Shown here one piece after another: positions 1 through 12,866 of a DNA stretch of 64,000 nt. The notes under the pieces were generated by a model. The model did no database searches. It was not told the origin of the DNA and worked only from the letters and a program-made list of their open reading frames with translations. A program made the position numbers and the translations under genes. The stretch covers positions 111,290,001 to 111,354,000 of the forward strand of contig NW_026262734.1 in the NCBI RefSeq assembly GCF_021869535.1, in the 5' to 3' direction. Numbering within the stretch: position 1 is the first letter of the stretch; the number at the start of each line of letters is the position of its first letter. Source of the DNA: Mytilus californianus (taxonomy: Eukaryota).

Positions 1-1989
1 GTTCGAGTTTCCTGTCACGGAATCCATATATTACGAATTGCAGAACTCAACTTCACGTTACTAGGTATTGATACGCATTTTCCGAAGAGTAAACTTCATA
101 CACATAGTTTTAATAGTATAAATTTTGGCGTAAATTTTTCATATTTACCTGATGTTGCTCAAAATCATTTTGTTATCACTTTCTAAATGCCAACGTTCTC
201 TCGCTTATTTCTGATCCAAAGGTCGCAAATAGCTGAAAGATTAGTTTGGTTAATGTAACTAATTAGTTTACGTCATTAATAGCTCTATTTCCTTGCCAAG
301 TGGATAAGTTATGGAAAAGAACTTGCGAACTTTCCGTTCTAACAATTAAAAACTATGAATCAATTGTCAAAGAACTTTTAACAACGACCTCGTTTGACCT
401 ATTTGTACAGTGACGTCAATCAGCGCTTTACAGCTGTCGAACCAGACGTCATAAAGTATTTCTCCGTGATGTAGTATAGGTAAAAAATGTCTGCACATGA
501 TTAAGTTTTATCGTGGCACTATGTGAAACTTTTTCATTTGGATTACATAAATATTTTGTGTCTTATGTGATAAATATCAAGGTTGTTGATGAACATAATC
601 TGATTAAGATAAAAGTAAGAACCAGTTGGTACAAGCTATATTCATCAACGCAAATGTTGAATTTATTAATAACGTCATACAGAAGTATTTATGTATAAAT
701 AATATGATAATGCTCAACACATTTTCTCAATTTTCACCATCTAGACAACCACAAATCAAAACATTTTTTAAAAGGTTGAAATATTAGTAGTGCGTCGACA
801 AAAGATCACAGCATATTTTTCTTTTCGTCTCATTTGTAATTGGAGAATAAAGTTCACAGAAAGTAGGGTGGGGTTAAAGTTTCAACCTCTAAACCTGCTC
901 CCTTATCCGCTAATGATTAAAATAGGTGCGATATGATTGTCAGTGAGACAACAATCAACAAAATAGATAGGAACGAGAAAAAAAGTATATTAGCTGATCT
1001 AAAATGTGCTAGTTTTTTAAATTAGTTATTTCCATTAAATAAATGTTTGCTTATAAGACCAGCTCCTCGCAGTGTTTCTTAAATAGCAATTTTCTTAACA
1101 TCTGTATAACTTTGTAATGGAGGACATATATGTATTCATTGAGGAAATATGAAGGCCGAAGTAAATCATCGAATTTTAATGGAGAAAATATATATGTACC
1201 AATTTTTATACGCGTCTTCTTTATAGAAAAAACTGAGTGCACATGATACATGTATGAACTATGGTAGTAGTGTTTCAGGTTTTGATATTCTTATAATATA
1301 TTTTCCCTTTTTATGCAACTATTTCGTATGTTTTGGCGCTTAGCATTTTCGATGAAGGTTTGTACAAAAAAACTGCTAGCGCTTGAAACCAAATAAATGT
1401 AGTATGCCGTGCTTTGGTTTTTGTCGAGCCCTAACGTCTAATGACATTATGGATTGTGATGGCATTTCAAATAAAGATTAAACTATCTCAGTTCAGACTG
1501 TATGCATTTTTATCTTTTGCATGTCAAAGGGACAGATTTAAAAACTATTATAGACAGATGAGTAAAACCTGTTCTGATTGGCCATGCTACATTGATATTC
1601 ATTGTTTGATTACATCCATGTACTATATGGTAAACTCATCTAGGTCACGTGTTACGTTTACAACATAGACGCAGACGTATATTTGGCGCTTTAGTTACTG
1701 TTAACAAGAAGCCTCGTCTGAACGTGAATCACGTGACGTGAAGAAATATGTTGAAGTGATCATTCTAGTTGTACCTTTTAATATCTTCTTTATTTTCCAC
1801 TACTTTTCAAGCAAACCAACTGTTGTTTTAACTTTTTCTCGAGACTTGTACTCGTATTACTTAAATTAGAATAACATTTATATTATTTGTTTTCTTTCTC
1901 GATATATTTTCAATCATTGTTTGATTATGTTTTTTGGCATATAATAACGCATGTTTCTTTATCTAAATGCATTTAATATATTCATTATT

Positions 1990-2115
1990 CAGGGGCGGAT
2001 CCAGCCATTTTTAAAAGGGGGGTTCCAACTGTATGTCCCCATTCAAATGCATTGATCGTCAAAAAAAGGGGGGTTCCAACCCCCGTAACCCCCCCCCCCC
2101 CTGGATCCGCCACTG
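1990..2115. mobile_element. Small non-autonomous TIR element (MITE), 126 bp
   Basis: Termini CAGGGGCGGATCCAG and CTGGATCCGCCACTG are a 14/15 inverted match; TTATT flanks both sides as a candidate 5-bp TSD. Confidence 0.75.
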
Positions 2116-2147
2116 TTATTTCTGTTTCTAATAACCATATCTCTAAC

Positions 2148-2825
2148 TGTTAATGACGTCTTCACACTAAATCCATTGGATGCTGGATGTGCACTGATTG
2201 ATATTTTAGTCTTAAATACATGATTTATTTATCAGTTGTTATTGGCTTTAAACTTGCTGTCAGTAAATAAATTCATCATAGATACCAGGATGTAAATTTT
2301 ATATTTGCGAGTACTCTCAGATCTTTACGTGGTGTCCTTTTTGTTGAGGGATGTATAGATATGCTGCCACGTCCGGTCTGTGTTTTCGTTGGATGTTTTC
2401 TGCTTTGTATCGATCTGATGAGTTAAGCCCTTTTCAACTGATTTTTATAGTTTGTTGTACTGTTACACCACTGTTCCAGGTTAGGGGGAGGGTTTGGCAC
2501 CAGCAAACTACTTTAACCCCGCCACATTATATATGTGCCTGTCCCAAGTCAGGAGCATGTAGTTCAGTGGTTGACGTTGGTTCATGTCTGTCATATTTTT
2601 TTTTCGTAAATTGTTTTGTTATAAATTAGGCCGTAAGTTTTCTCAATTGAATTGTTTCAAGTTTTTCATGTCGAGGCCTTTTATAGCCGACTATACGGAA
2701 TGGGTTTTTCTCATTGTTGAAGGCCATACTGTTGACTATAATTGCTTATATCCACTTCATTTCAACTTTGGTGGATAGTTGTCTCATTTGCAAGCATACC
2801 ACATGCATCTCCTTTTTTATATATA
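2148..2825 (-). mobile_element. Copy of the most abundant unclassified dispersed repeat family in the window
   Basis: Shares long blocks (e.g. CCTGTCCCAAGTCAGGAGC, GGGCCTTTTATAGCCGACTATAC) with many other copies in both orientations; the reverse-orientation copy near 51480-52010 is the longest match. Boundaries approximate. Confidence 0.7.
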
Positions 2826-3075
2826 TACCTGGAACATCTGATAATCGCTATAACCTCCCTTTAATCGCAATCTGGCAAAGAAAGACAATTCTTCTTACAA
2901 GAATAAAATATATATTATGATACGAAATTCCAAAAGCAAAATTTTTTGTCGAACTAAACTGAAAGGCACATTGTTAATGAATAATAGTTCAGTATGAAAT
3001 GTCTTAATATGATTAAGTTTTTGATTGATTGTTGTTTGCTTAACGTCCAGTGGCAAATATTTCATGCATGTTCAA

Positions 3076-3211
3076 AACGATATGTTCAATTGGATTGAAA
3101 CGGATATACCTAATAAAAGTTGACACTTTTTATGCCCCCGCCGAACGATATGTTTAATTGGATTGAAACGGATATACCTAATAAAAGTTGACACTTTTTA
3201 TGCCCCCGCCG
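3076..3211. repeat. 68-bp tandem duplication (2 copies) spanning the left end of the HINE
   Basis: AACGATATGTT...TTTTTATGCCCCCGCCG occurs at 3076-3143 and 3144-3211. Confidence 0.9.
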
Positions 3212-3734
3212 AAGCGGAGGGGGCATTTAGTTTTACCCTTGTCCGTCCGTCCGTACGTCCCAAAATTGGTTTCCGGTCTCTAACTTAAGTTTGCCTCAAC
3301 CAAATGTTTTTTTTAAAAATTATACACAATGTTTATTACCACAAAACACAGATCAAGTTTGAATTTTGGGGGCGTCACTTTAACCATTCTAGAGTTATGC
3401 CCCTTTATAAATGGAAAAATTGCAAAATTTTTCATTTCCGTTCTCAAACTTAAGTTTGCCTCATCCAAATGTTATGAAACTTATACACAATGCTTATTAC
3501 CACAATACACAGATCAAGTTTGAATTTTGGGGGCGTCACTTTTACTGTTCAAGAGTTATGCCCCTTTACAAATGGAAAAATTGCTAAATTTTTCATTTTT
3601 TTTCCAAAAATATAAATGTCATTATTCAAGTAATTTTTAAAATTGGAGTTATCTTCCTTTGTCCATGATTATAGTTAAATCAACTACAATCAATGCTTTA
3701 TACAATGCAATGTTTAATTTTGCCTTCCACTGAT

Positions 3735-4800
3735 AAATAAAGGCAACAGTAGTATACCGCTGTTCGAAATTCATAAATCGATTGAGAAAAAAACAAATCC
3801 GGGTTACAAACTAAAACTGAGGGAAACACATCAAATATAAGAGGAGAACTACGACACAACAGAAACACAACATTAAAATGTAAAACACACAGAAACGAAC
3901 TATAATATAACAATGGCCATTTTCCTGACTTGGTACAGGACATTTTAAGAAAAAAATGGTGGGTTGAACCTGGTTTTGTGGCTAGCCAAACCTCGCACTT
4001 TTATGGCAATGTTAAATATAACACTAAAATGACACCATTACATGACATGAATACAGTACAACATTACGGACAGAGAATTACGCAAATAAACAATACAATA
4101 TAGTACATTTGGACAACGAAACAACAGAAACACTGAAGTGAACAAACATCAAACGACAATGCAACACACACAGAGACAAACTATACGATAACAATTGCCA
4201 TTTTCCTGACTTGGTACAGGACATTTTTAAGAAAAAAAATGGTGGGTTGAACCTGGTTTTGTGGCTAGCCAAACCTCCCGCTTTTATGGCAATGTTAAAT
4301 ATAACATTAAAATGACAACATTACATGACAGGACTACAATACAAATAAATGGGAGCACATATAGGACAGAGAAACATACGAATAATAGCTAACAAAAGGT
4401 ACCAGGTTTAAAATTTAATACGCAAGACGCGCGTTTCGTCCACACAAGACTAACCAGTGACGTTCAGATAAAAAAAGTACGAAAGCTAAAACAAGTACAA
4501 AGTTGAAGAGCATTGAGGACCAAAAGTTCCAAAAAGTTGTGCCAAATACGGCTAAGGTTATATGTCTGGGATAAGAAAATCCTTAGTATTTAGAATAATT
4601 CATACTTTTGCAAACAGTAAATTTATAAAAATTACTGTATAATAGATATACATGACAACACCGAAGTGGTGACTAACTACAGAATAAAAACGGATACATA
4701 AAACAACATAAACCAGCACATAAAAATTCACAGCCGAGTTAGCCAAAATGATCAACGCAAAAAAAGTGACGTCACATTTGAATTTCTGAAATTTCCCCAA
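3735..4800 (-). mobile_element. Dispersed repeat nested in the HINE; has an internal duplication and a decayed hammerhead motif
   Basis: Interrupts the HINE core repeats; block 3880-4030 recurs at about 4160-4320; matches partial copies near 21170, 49160 and 58255. Boundaries approximate. Confidence 0.6.
4425..4467 (-). ncRNA. Decayed minimal type I hammerhead ribozyme motif
   Basis: Minus strand reads CGTCA CTGGTTA GTCT TGTGT GGAC GAAA CGCGCGTC T. Stem II, GAAA and the palindromic stem III are present, but the core CUGAUGA is mutated. Confidence 0.55.
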
Positions 4801-5899
4801 AATAGGATAGAATTAGCATAGAATTCAAGATTTAGCTTATAATACACATAAAATACAGATCAAGTTGAATTTGGGTAGTGTCACTTTAACCATTATTGAG
4901 TTATGACCCTTTATAAATCGAAAAATTGTAAAATTTTTAGTTTCCATTCTGTAACTTAAGTTTGCCCCCAACCAAACATTATGAAACCTATACACAATAC
5001 TCAAATATTGTTTCTGTTCTCTAACTTTAGTTTTCCTCAACCAAATGTTATAAAACTTATACACAACCGTTCTAGAGTTATGCGTGTTTACAAAAAGAAA
5101 TATTGCTGAATTTTTCGTTTCTGTTCACTACTTAAGTTAGCCTCAACCAAATGTTATGAGACTTACACACAATGCTTATTACCACAAAACTCAGATCAAG
5201 TTCAAATTTGGGTAGCGTCACTTTTACCGTTCTTCAGTTATGTCCCTTTATAACTATATGATATGCAAGCGGGGGCATTATCTGTGTCCACATGTGGACA
5301 CAATCCACATTTATTTTTTATATAAAGTGAAAACGTATTTGCAAAATAATGTTTTTATTGAAAGCATCCTGCCGACTTCATGAAAAATATGTGGACCTTT
5401 ATAAAATTAGAAATAAGAAATGATATACTTAATTGACTGGTAATAGGTTTTGATACACTATTATGAAAGGGCCTCACATCTTGAATTACTTAACAATAAA
5501 TAAGAATCCAGCGAAATATAGTTTACAACATATTTGTACAGAGTTAGTAGTGTAATATACAACTATATAACACTGATAACGAGATACACGTGTGAAATAA
5601 TCATCTAATCAGGTGTTTGTTTATTATATATTGTTGATATTTATTATAACAAACAACTGCAAGACGTACAGACAGTGTTGTGTGCATATTAATCATACAT
5701 GTTTGTTGCTAACTGACCAACGGAATTAATTATGATACAGCTATGTTTTCATCTTCCCAATTTACAGACCTGTCAATCATCTCGTACTATTGACGTTTGT
5801 CTGACGGGTAATTGGTCAACCTAAATATGCCACACGGGTTAACGTCATATTACTGTGATGAAAATTACAAATGATTAAAGGAATAAAAAATTGAGAAAA

Positions 5900-6935
5900 A
5901 TAATAACTGTACAAGATGGAAAAAAAGATAGCAAATCTTTAAAGTATGACAAGTCCAGAGTAACTGTACAAGATAGAAAAAAGATAGCAACTCCTTAAAG
6001 TATGACAATTCTAAAAGTAACTGTACAAGATGGAAAAAAGATAGCAACTTTTTAAAGAATGACAGAAAAAAGATAGCAACTCTTTAAAGTATGACAAGTC
6101 TGAGTAACTGTACAAGATAAATAAAGATAGCAACTCTTTAAAGTATGACAAGTCTGAGTAACTGTACAAGGTATAAAAAGATAGCAACTCTTTATTGTAT
6201 GACAAGTCTGAGTAACTGTACTAGATAGAAGAAAAGATAGCAACTCTTTATTGTATGACAAGTCTAAGTAACTGTACAAGATAGAAAAAAGATAGCAACT
6301 CTTTAAAGTATGACAACTCTAAAAGTAACTGTACAAGACAGAAAAAGGATAGCAACTCCTTAAAGTATGACAATTCTAAAAGTAACTGTACAAGATAGAA
6401 AAAAGATAGCAACTCTTTAAAATATGACAATTCTAAAAGTAACTGTACAAGATACAAAAAGGATAGCAACTCTTTAAAGTATGACAAGTCTGAGTAACTG
6501 TAAAGGGTATAAAAAGATAGCAACTCTTTATTGTATGACAAGTCTGAGTAACTGTACAATATAGAAAAAAAGATAGCAACTCTTTAAAGTATGACAATTC
6601 TAAAAGTAACTGTACAAGATAGAAAAAGGATAGCAACTCCTTAAAGTATGACAATTCTAAAAGTAACTATACAAGATTTAAAAAAGATAGCAACTCTTTA
6701 AAGTATGACAAGTCTAAGTAACTGTACAAGATAGAAAAAAGAGAGTAACTCTTTAAAGTATGACAATTCAAAAAGTAACTGTACAAGATAGAAAAAAGAG
6801 CAACTCTTTAAAGTATGACAATTCTGAGTAACTGTACAAGATAGAAAAAAGATAGCAACCATTAAAAGTATGACAATTCTGATTAACTGTACAAGATAGA
6901 AAAAAGATAGCAACTCTTTAAAGTATGACAATTGT
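5900..6935. repeat. Minisatellite, 55-57-bp unit, about 18 copies
   Basis: Unit GTAACTGTACAAGATAGAAAAAAGATAGCAACTCTTTAAAGTATGACAAGTCTGA repeated with variants; explains the minus-strand ORFs at 5865-6931. Confidence 0.95.
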
Positions 6936-7439
6936 AAAGTAGTTTCTCTATTTATATCTTACTTGACTTTACTTTGAAACTGTCAGTTAACGTCGAATAA
7001 CAAACATCAAAGGCAAATCAGATAAAAAGTGTCACCATCCTTGATCAGACATCTCACTTATTGCTTTGATTTTCGAAAGTAAAGAACATTTGATGAACAT
7101 ATAAACTTTTTTCCTCTAGAATATGTTTCTATTCTGAGTTTTTAAGTAACAACACCTGCTGTTTGCATTTCTGTACAATTATGATTATGTTTTTTGTCCA
7201 GAATAGTTGTCATTTTTCTGACATATGTTTCTGTTTGAACGTTGTATGTTTCACATGGTCTATGGTAATCATTGTAATTTTAATTATATTATTATTACCA
7301 CATCATAATAACAGATAATTAATGCGAAAACTACGGTTATAAGTAATATCTACTGGACATTACATAAAATTGCATTTATGGACAGTAAAATATCACATAC
7401 GTCTAATGGATTCCAACAGAGTAACATTTTATTACTGTA

Positions 7440-7740
7440 TAAAAATAAGAAGATGTGGTATGATTGCCAATGATACAACTATCCACCACAGACCGAATGA
7501 CGTAGAAGTAAGCAACTATAGGTCAATGTACGGCCTTCTACAATGAGCAAAACCCATATCGTATAGCAAGTTATTAAAGGTCTCGACATGACACATGTAA
7601 ATCAAGTCAAAGAGAAAACGAACGACCTGGTTTATGTACAAAACAATAAACGAAAAATAAATATGATATACAGCAACAAACGAAAACAAATGAATTATAG
7701 GCTCCTGACTTAGAATAGGCACATATATGTTTGTCCAATG
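7440..7740 (+). mobile_element. Abundant dispersed repeat family copy
   Basis: AAGAAGATGTGGTATGATTGCCAATGA...GGCTCCTGACTT; homologous blocks at about 16010, 20570, 38715, 43280, 47505, 56575 and 63270. Confidence 0.7.
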
Positions 7741-8034
7741 TTGAATTTGTACGAAAGATGAAAACGAGGCGATGTGTTTTTCCGACCAACATACAAATGC
7801 TGCTGACTTTTTTTTTTTTATCTTATCATTGATTATTTAAATGGTTGGCTTCACACGATTTCAATCTATCGTGTTATTTGCTACTAATAAACAAAATATT
7901 CAGCAACATCTGTTTTTCTCAATTTCAAATCTTAACTATACTTCTTGTAAAATATTTTGAAAATGATGATATTTCTGATATATTGTTTAATTATACAGTT
8001 ACACATTTCTATAATCCATATGCAATGACTAGCA

Positions 8035-8240
8035 TGTCAACACTGAGGTTGTGTGTTCGAACCCCGCTCCTGGCAGGTGTGGTCCGTTCGACTCTATTTC
8101 TTGATTGACTAGGATTGTTAGTTTTCTTACCGAAGGTATGTGGTATTCTCTTGGCAAAAAAAAACTGGTCGCTATAATATAGCAAATAGCATTGAAAGTG
8201 GCGTTAAACTATTAGAATTAATCAATCCATCAATCAATCA
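8035..8240 (+). mobile_element. tRNA-derived SINE remnant
   Basis: Pol III B-box-like GTTCGAACC at 8055-8063; 3' end GAAAGTGGCGTTAAAC followed by an (AATC)n tail. Confidence 0.55.
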
Positions 8241-8369
8241 AAATTTCTTATTTTATCAAATACTTGTATCTTAAAACAATCACATAGACCTTTTTTTTTA
8301 TTATTCAATGATTATGCATTATTGTTGAATGGAGAAGAAGTCAGTTGTTATTTCAAATATCAGCAGGGA

Positions 8370-8680
8370 CATTCGTCACCCCGCCACATTCTTTATCTGC
8401 CTGTCCAAAGTCAGAAGCCTGTAGTTCAGTGGTTATCGTTGGTTCAAGTCTGTCATATTTGTTTTTTGTAAATTGTTTTGTTATGAATTAGGCCTTTAGT
8501 TTTCTCAATTGAATTGTTTCACATTTTTATGTCGGGGCCTTTTATAGCCGACTATACGGTATGGGTTTTTCTCTTTGTTGAAAGTCGGATGGTTGCCTAT
8601 AATTGCTAAAATCCACTTCATTTGAACATGTGGATAGTTGTCTAGTTGGCAATCATATCACATCTCCTTATTTTTATGTT
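8370..8680 (-). mobile_element. Abundant dispersed repeat family copy
   Basis: Near-identical blocks to 2510-2810 and 26345-26660. Confidence 0.7.
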
Positions 8681-8833
8681 AAGTTATTATTTTGTGGATT
8701 TCTTTCTTTCTTTCTTTCTTTTGTTCAGTCTTCCTTTGGTTTAGTTGTCGTTATCAGTACTTCCATAGACTCAAAGTTATAATTTCATTTTATAAGAGTG
8801 CGATATTTATCTATAAGAACATGATGTATTTTT

Positions 8834-9010
8834 GTATATTGTTTTCTCACAATCTTAAGTTCATGCATCATTTACGAACTGAACCCTGTCTCGTGTTTAT
8901 CTCATCAGAGGTTGTCGATGGCTAATTTCTTTTTTGAAAGTTTTTTTTATCTTGGTATAATGGTAGATCTCATCACTGTTGGATTAATTCATAATTTATC
9001 TAGACATATG
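8834..9010. repeat. 177-bp local duplication; second copy at 11588-11764
   Basis: GTATATTGTTTTCTCACAATC...TCTAGACATATG occurs twice with only a few substitutions. Confidence 0.9.
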
Positions 9011-9011
9011 G

Positions 9012-9257
9012 AGACTAAGAGATCAGTCCAATACAGCGTGTCTGTTAGTCCATTGTAAAGACTAAGAGATCAGTTCAATACAGCGTGTCTGTTAGTCCAT
9101 TGTAAAGACTAAGAGATCAGTCCAATACAGCGTGTCTGTTACTCCATTGTAAAGACTAAGAGATCAGTCCAATACAGCGTGTCTCTTACTCCATTGTAAA
9201 GACTAAGAGATCAGTCCAATACAGCGTGCCTGTTAGTCTATTGTAAAGACTAAGAGA
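9012..9257. repeat. Minisatellite, 47-bp unit, about 5 copies
   Basis: AGACTAAGAGATCAGTCCAATACAGCGTGTCTGTTAGTCCATTGTAA starts at 9012, 9059, 9106, 9153 and 9200. Confidence 0.95.
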
Positions 9258-9470
9258 AAAGTTATAGTTTCATTTTGTAAGGAGTGCGATATTTATCTAT
9301 AATAATAATAAGAACATGATGTATTTTTGTGTAGATGACATCTCTCCGTCTTTTTTTATATTCATTCTGTATTCAATTGGTTTTTTTTTTTTGGTTTTTT
9401 GTTTTTTGTTTTGCTTTTTTGTATCGACTACATTTTTGAAAAAAGTGACCCATTTCTGTCATTATCTTTT

Positions 9471-10345
9471 TCAAATAACTATACAAATTACGACTGCCTC
9501 ATACCCTTCCCAAATAACTATACAAATTACGACTGCCTCATAGCCTTCCCAAATAACTATACAAATTACGACTGTCTCATACCCTGCCCAAATAACTATA
9601 CAAATTACGACTACCTCATACCCTTCCCAAATAACTACAAATTACAACTGCCTCATACCCTTCCCAAATAACTATACAAATTACGACTACCTCATACCCT
9701 TCCCAAATAACTACAAATTACAACTGCCTCATACCCTTCCCAAATAACTATACAAATTACGACTGTCTCATACCCTCCCCTAATAACTATACAAATTACG
9801 ACTGCCTCATACCCTGCCTGAATAATTATACAAATTACGACTGCCTCATACCCTGCCCGAATAACTATACAAATTACGACTGCCTCATACCTTGCTCAAA
9901 TAACTATACAAATTACGACTGCCTCATACCTTGCCCAAATAACTATACAAATTACGACTGCCTCATACCCTGCCCAAATAACTACACACATTACGACTGC
10001 CTCATACCCTGCCCAAATAACTATACAAATTACGAATGCCTCATACCCTGCTTAAATAACTATACAAATTACGACTGCCTCATACCCTGCCCTAATAACT
10101 ATACAAATAACGACTGCCTCATACCCTGCCCAAATAACTATACAAATTACGACTCCTCATACCCTGCCTAAATGACTATACAAATTACGACTGCCTCATA
10201 CCCTGCTGAAATAACTATACTTGCCTCATACCCTGCCCAAATAACTATACAAATTACGACTGCCTCATACCCTGCTCAACTAACTATACAATCACGACTG
10301 CCTCATACCCTGCCCAAATAACTATACAAATTACGACTGCCTAAT
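9471..10345. repeat. Minisatellite, 39-bp unit, about 22 copies
   Basis: CAAATAACTATACAAATTACGACTGCCTCATACCCTKCC repeated. Confidence 0.95.
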
Positions 10346-11840
10346 ACCTTGCGAAAGACAATTCCATCAAAAACTTGCAAAGAATTATAGATAGAACCAA
10401 AATTACTGTCATGTAAAATCAATGTCAGAAGAATAATCGGTTAACTAACTTGTGTACGGAAATAGCTACCTAATGTTTTATTTCCCTATTAAATTCACAG
10501 TTTATTCGGGGTTTTTTTTGTAATATAAGTAAAGTTTGATGAAGTATCCCGCCTTTTACAAACAAACAGATGCCGAACGTTATGTAAAAACTACTTGTCA
10601 AAATAAGAAACATGAAGATACATGGTATCTATAATAAGCAACACCTAAGTATTCTTAACAGATTTGTTGACACAGAGGGTCCCAGACGTTTACGTTTTGA
10701 AGCTATCAAACTAATTTGATATTTTTAGCCATCTGACGAACTCTTTCTTGCAGAAGACAAGTGTATTCTATTGTTATGTTATTTGCTTGACATAAGACAT
10801 GCTTCATTAATTTATTTTTTACTTGAAGTAAACAGTTGCTAATTTAGAGGCCTTGGGCTCTCTGTGATTGTTGTTATTTATTTCCCTACAATACGCACTG
10901 GTTTATACATTTGACATTCCGCACATTTGAGAGAGAAAACAACTGCAATAAACTCTACAAGATTAAATTGAGTAACAAAACAAATCCTTAACACACATTA
11001 ATTGCAGAAAAAAATAATGAATGTCAAATACCGTACTTGTTTAAAGCGCTTATCCCATTTTTATTTCAGTTATTGTTTTACAATACAATTGGTTTCGTTA
11101 ATTATTTTACCAAATATTAAAATTCTGCACAACCTTTACCTTGAAAGCAAACTCTGGAAAATTATAAGTCATCTGACTTAAAAAACACATCCGGTGTCCA
11201 CGATTATCATCTAATCAGATTGATGGAAATTGATATCAATTATAATTTTGGGAACATGATGGCGTATATTTTTGCAAGTTTTATTTTCATTTTGTTGTTG
11301 CTCATGATTTATCCATTTGTTTTTAACATTTTGTTGATGTTTGTTTGATATTTTGTGTTATTTTAAGCCTTGTGCTGTGTTGATAGAGAAACAACTATGT
11401 AACCGTAATTTCAGAAATTCGAAAGTCCAAAAACGAAAAAAATGTTCTAAGTTAAAACAATCAGCAGTTACGTACATTTTTGACTAGGTACATGTAATTT
11501 CCATAGTAAAGAATTTGGTTCAACAAGAGTTTTTTTTTGGAGCCAAACAACGCTTAACAAACGCTTATCGTACAATTAATCCATAGTGTATATTGTTTTC
11601 TCACAATCTTAAGTTCGTGCATCATTTACGAACTGAACCCTGTCGCGTGTTTATCTCATCAGTGGTTGTCGATGTCTAATTTCTTTTTTGAAAGTTTTTT
11701 TTATCTTGGTATAATGGTAGGTCTCATCACTGTTGGATTAATTCATAATTTATCTAGACATATGTTTCAGTTTTGATTAATAAGTTACTATTATTCAAAC
11801 TTCAAATTCAATCATGACATTTTATTTTTTTATTTTTTAG

Positions 11841-12439
11841 GATATGGTCATGTAGCTCCGAAGACAGACATGGGTAGAATTGTGACGATAGGATATGCTG
11901 TATTTGGAATACCTCTGACGTTATTGTGTCTCACTAATATTGGAGATTTAATGGCTACTGGTTTCCGAATGTTATATGCCAGAGTCTGTTGTGGTGTTTG
12001 TTGTTTACTTTTTACCCCAAGCAGAAGAAAAATGCCGGATCCGGAAAAGGCGTTAGAAAGCGGAAGTATAGAATATCAAGAAGGCAAAGCTACAGACAAA
12101 TTTCCGGAAGTGATAAATGTTCCGACTTCAGTTTGTATTTTATTAATGACATCCTATATTTTGTTAGGAACGTTGCTTTTTTCAATATGGGAGGGATGGG
12201 ATGCCATAACCGGAACCTATTTTTCTTTTATAACTTTAAGTACTATTGGATTTGGAGATGTAGTTCCAGGTACTGCTATGAACCAATGGGCAAACGAAGA
12301 AAAACTAGTACTATGTGCTATGTATTTAGTGTTTGGACTATCTTTAATTGCAATGTGTTTTAATCTAGTGCAAGAGGATGTAAAAAATAAATGTAGATGG
12401 CTCGGAGCCAAACTAGGCATAATAGATCGTTCAAAGTGA
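11841..12439 (+). CDS. Two-pore-domain (K2P/TWiK-family) potassium channel, final coding exon (end of P1, M2, M3, P2, M4)
   Basis: Acceptor TTTTTTAG at 11840, phase 1, reading (G)YGHVAPKTDMGRIVTIGYAVFGIPLTLLCL. This is the end of pore loop 1 plus M2; the second pore signature is TLSTIGFGDVVP, followed by M4 YLVFGLSLIAMCFNLVQE and stop TGA. No upstream exons were found in the window. The ORF-track ATG at 11870 is internal. Confidence 0.93.
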
Positions 12440-12735
12440 CGAGAGAAATAAGTGACTTAACATATAACCTATTCCGTATAGATAAGTCATCTGAAGTGTA
12501 AAAGAAGTGTGTTCGAATTAAGAGATCTATGTGCACGTAAATTTTAATTAATGTTTATTTAATGTTGTTGAAAGGTATATCCAAGTTTGAGTGCGACAAA
12601 ATTAACACCAGTACTGCAGTATTATTTATATCTTTAAAACATTGTAAATTTTCACTTCTTTACATTACAAACAAAAAATGTTTAAAGTCCTATGATCCTT
12701 CAAATTTAACAAAACAGCTGAATATGTTTTATATA

Positions 12736-12760
12736 CTTGTGAGTCTTATGTAGACGAAAC
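12736..12760 (+). ncRNA. Decayed hammerhead ribozyme motif downstream of the K2P stop codon
   Basis: CTTGTGA GTCT TATGT AGAC GAAAC: perfect stem II and GAAA, core with 2 mismatches to CUGAUGA; followed by the family 3' end (CCTGGCATCTTTGA). Confidence 0.5.
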
Positions 12761-12866
12761 ACAGGTCGATATATCTGGCATACCAAATGATAAGCCTGGC
12801 ATCTTTGAGGAAATTTTCGAAATGCTAAGCTTTACTATCAAACACGTGTATTTAGACTTTCTTGTA

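Larger units (their letters stand above)
3195..5315 (+). mobile_element. Helentron-associated non-autonomous element (HINE/DINE-1-like), interrupted by a nested repeat
   Basis: Subterminal inverted repeats ATGCCCCCGC (about 3200) and GCGGGGGCAT (about 5269); (GTCC)n microsatellite near the 5' end; about 160-bp core repeats; perfect 20-bp palindrome TGTGTCCACATGTGGACACA at 5283-5302; T-rich flanks. Confidence 0.75.

Noticed and set aside
411-1745. CRE (TGACGTCA, 411) and E-box cluster (about 1645-1740)
   Set aside because: Short motifs without supporting gene structure; the first 500 bp may be an unrecognised repeat.
5865-6931. Several minus-strand ORFs (LSYFKELLSF repeats)
   Set aside because: Translations of the 55-57-bp satellite in several frames.
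1-11840. Upstream exons of the K2P gene
   Set aside because: No exon encoding M1, the cap or a T(T/S)I pore segment ending in a phase-1 donor was found; they probably lie before the window.
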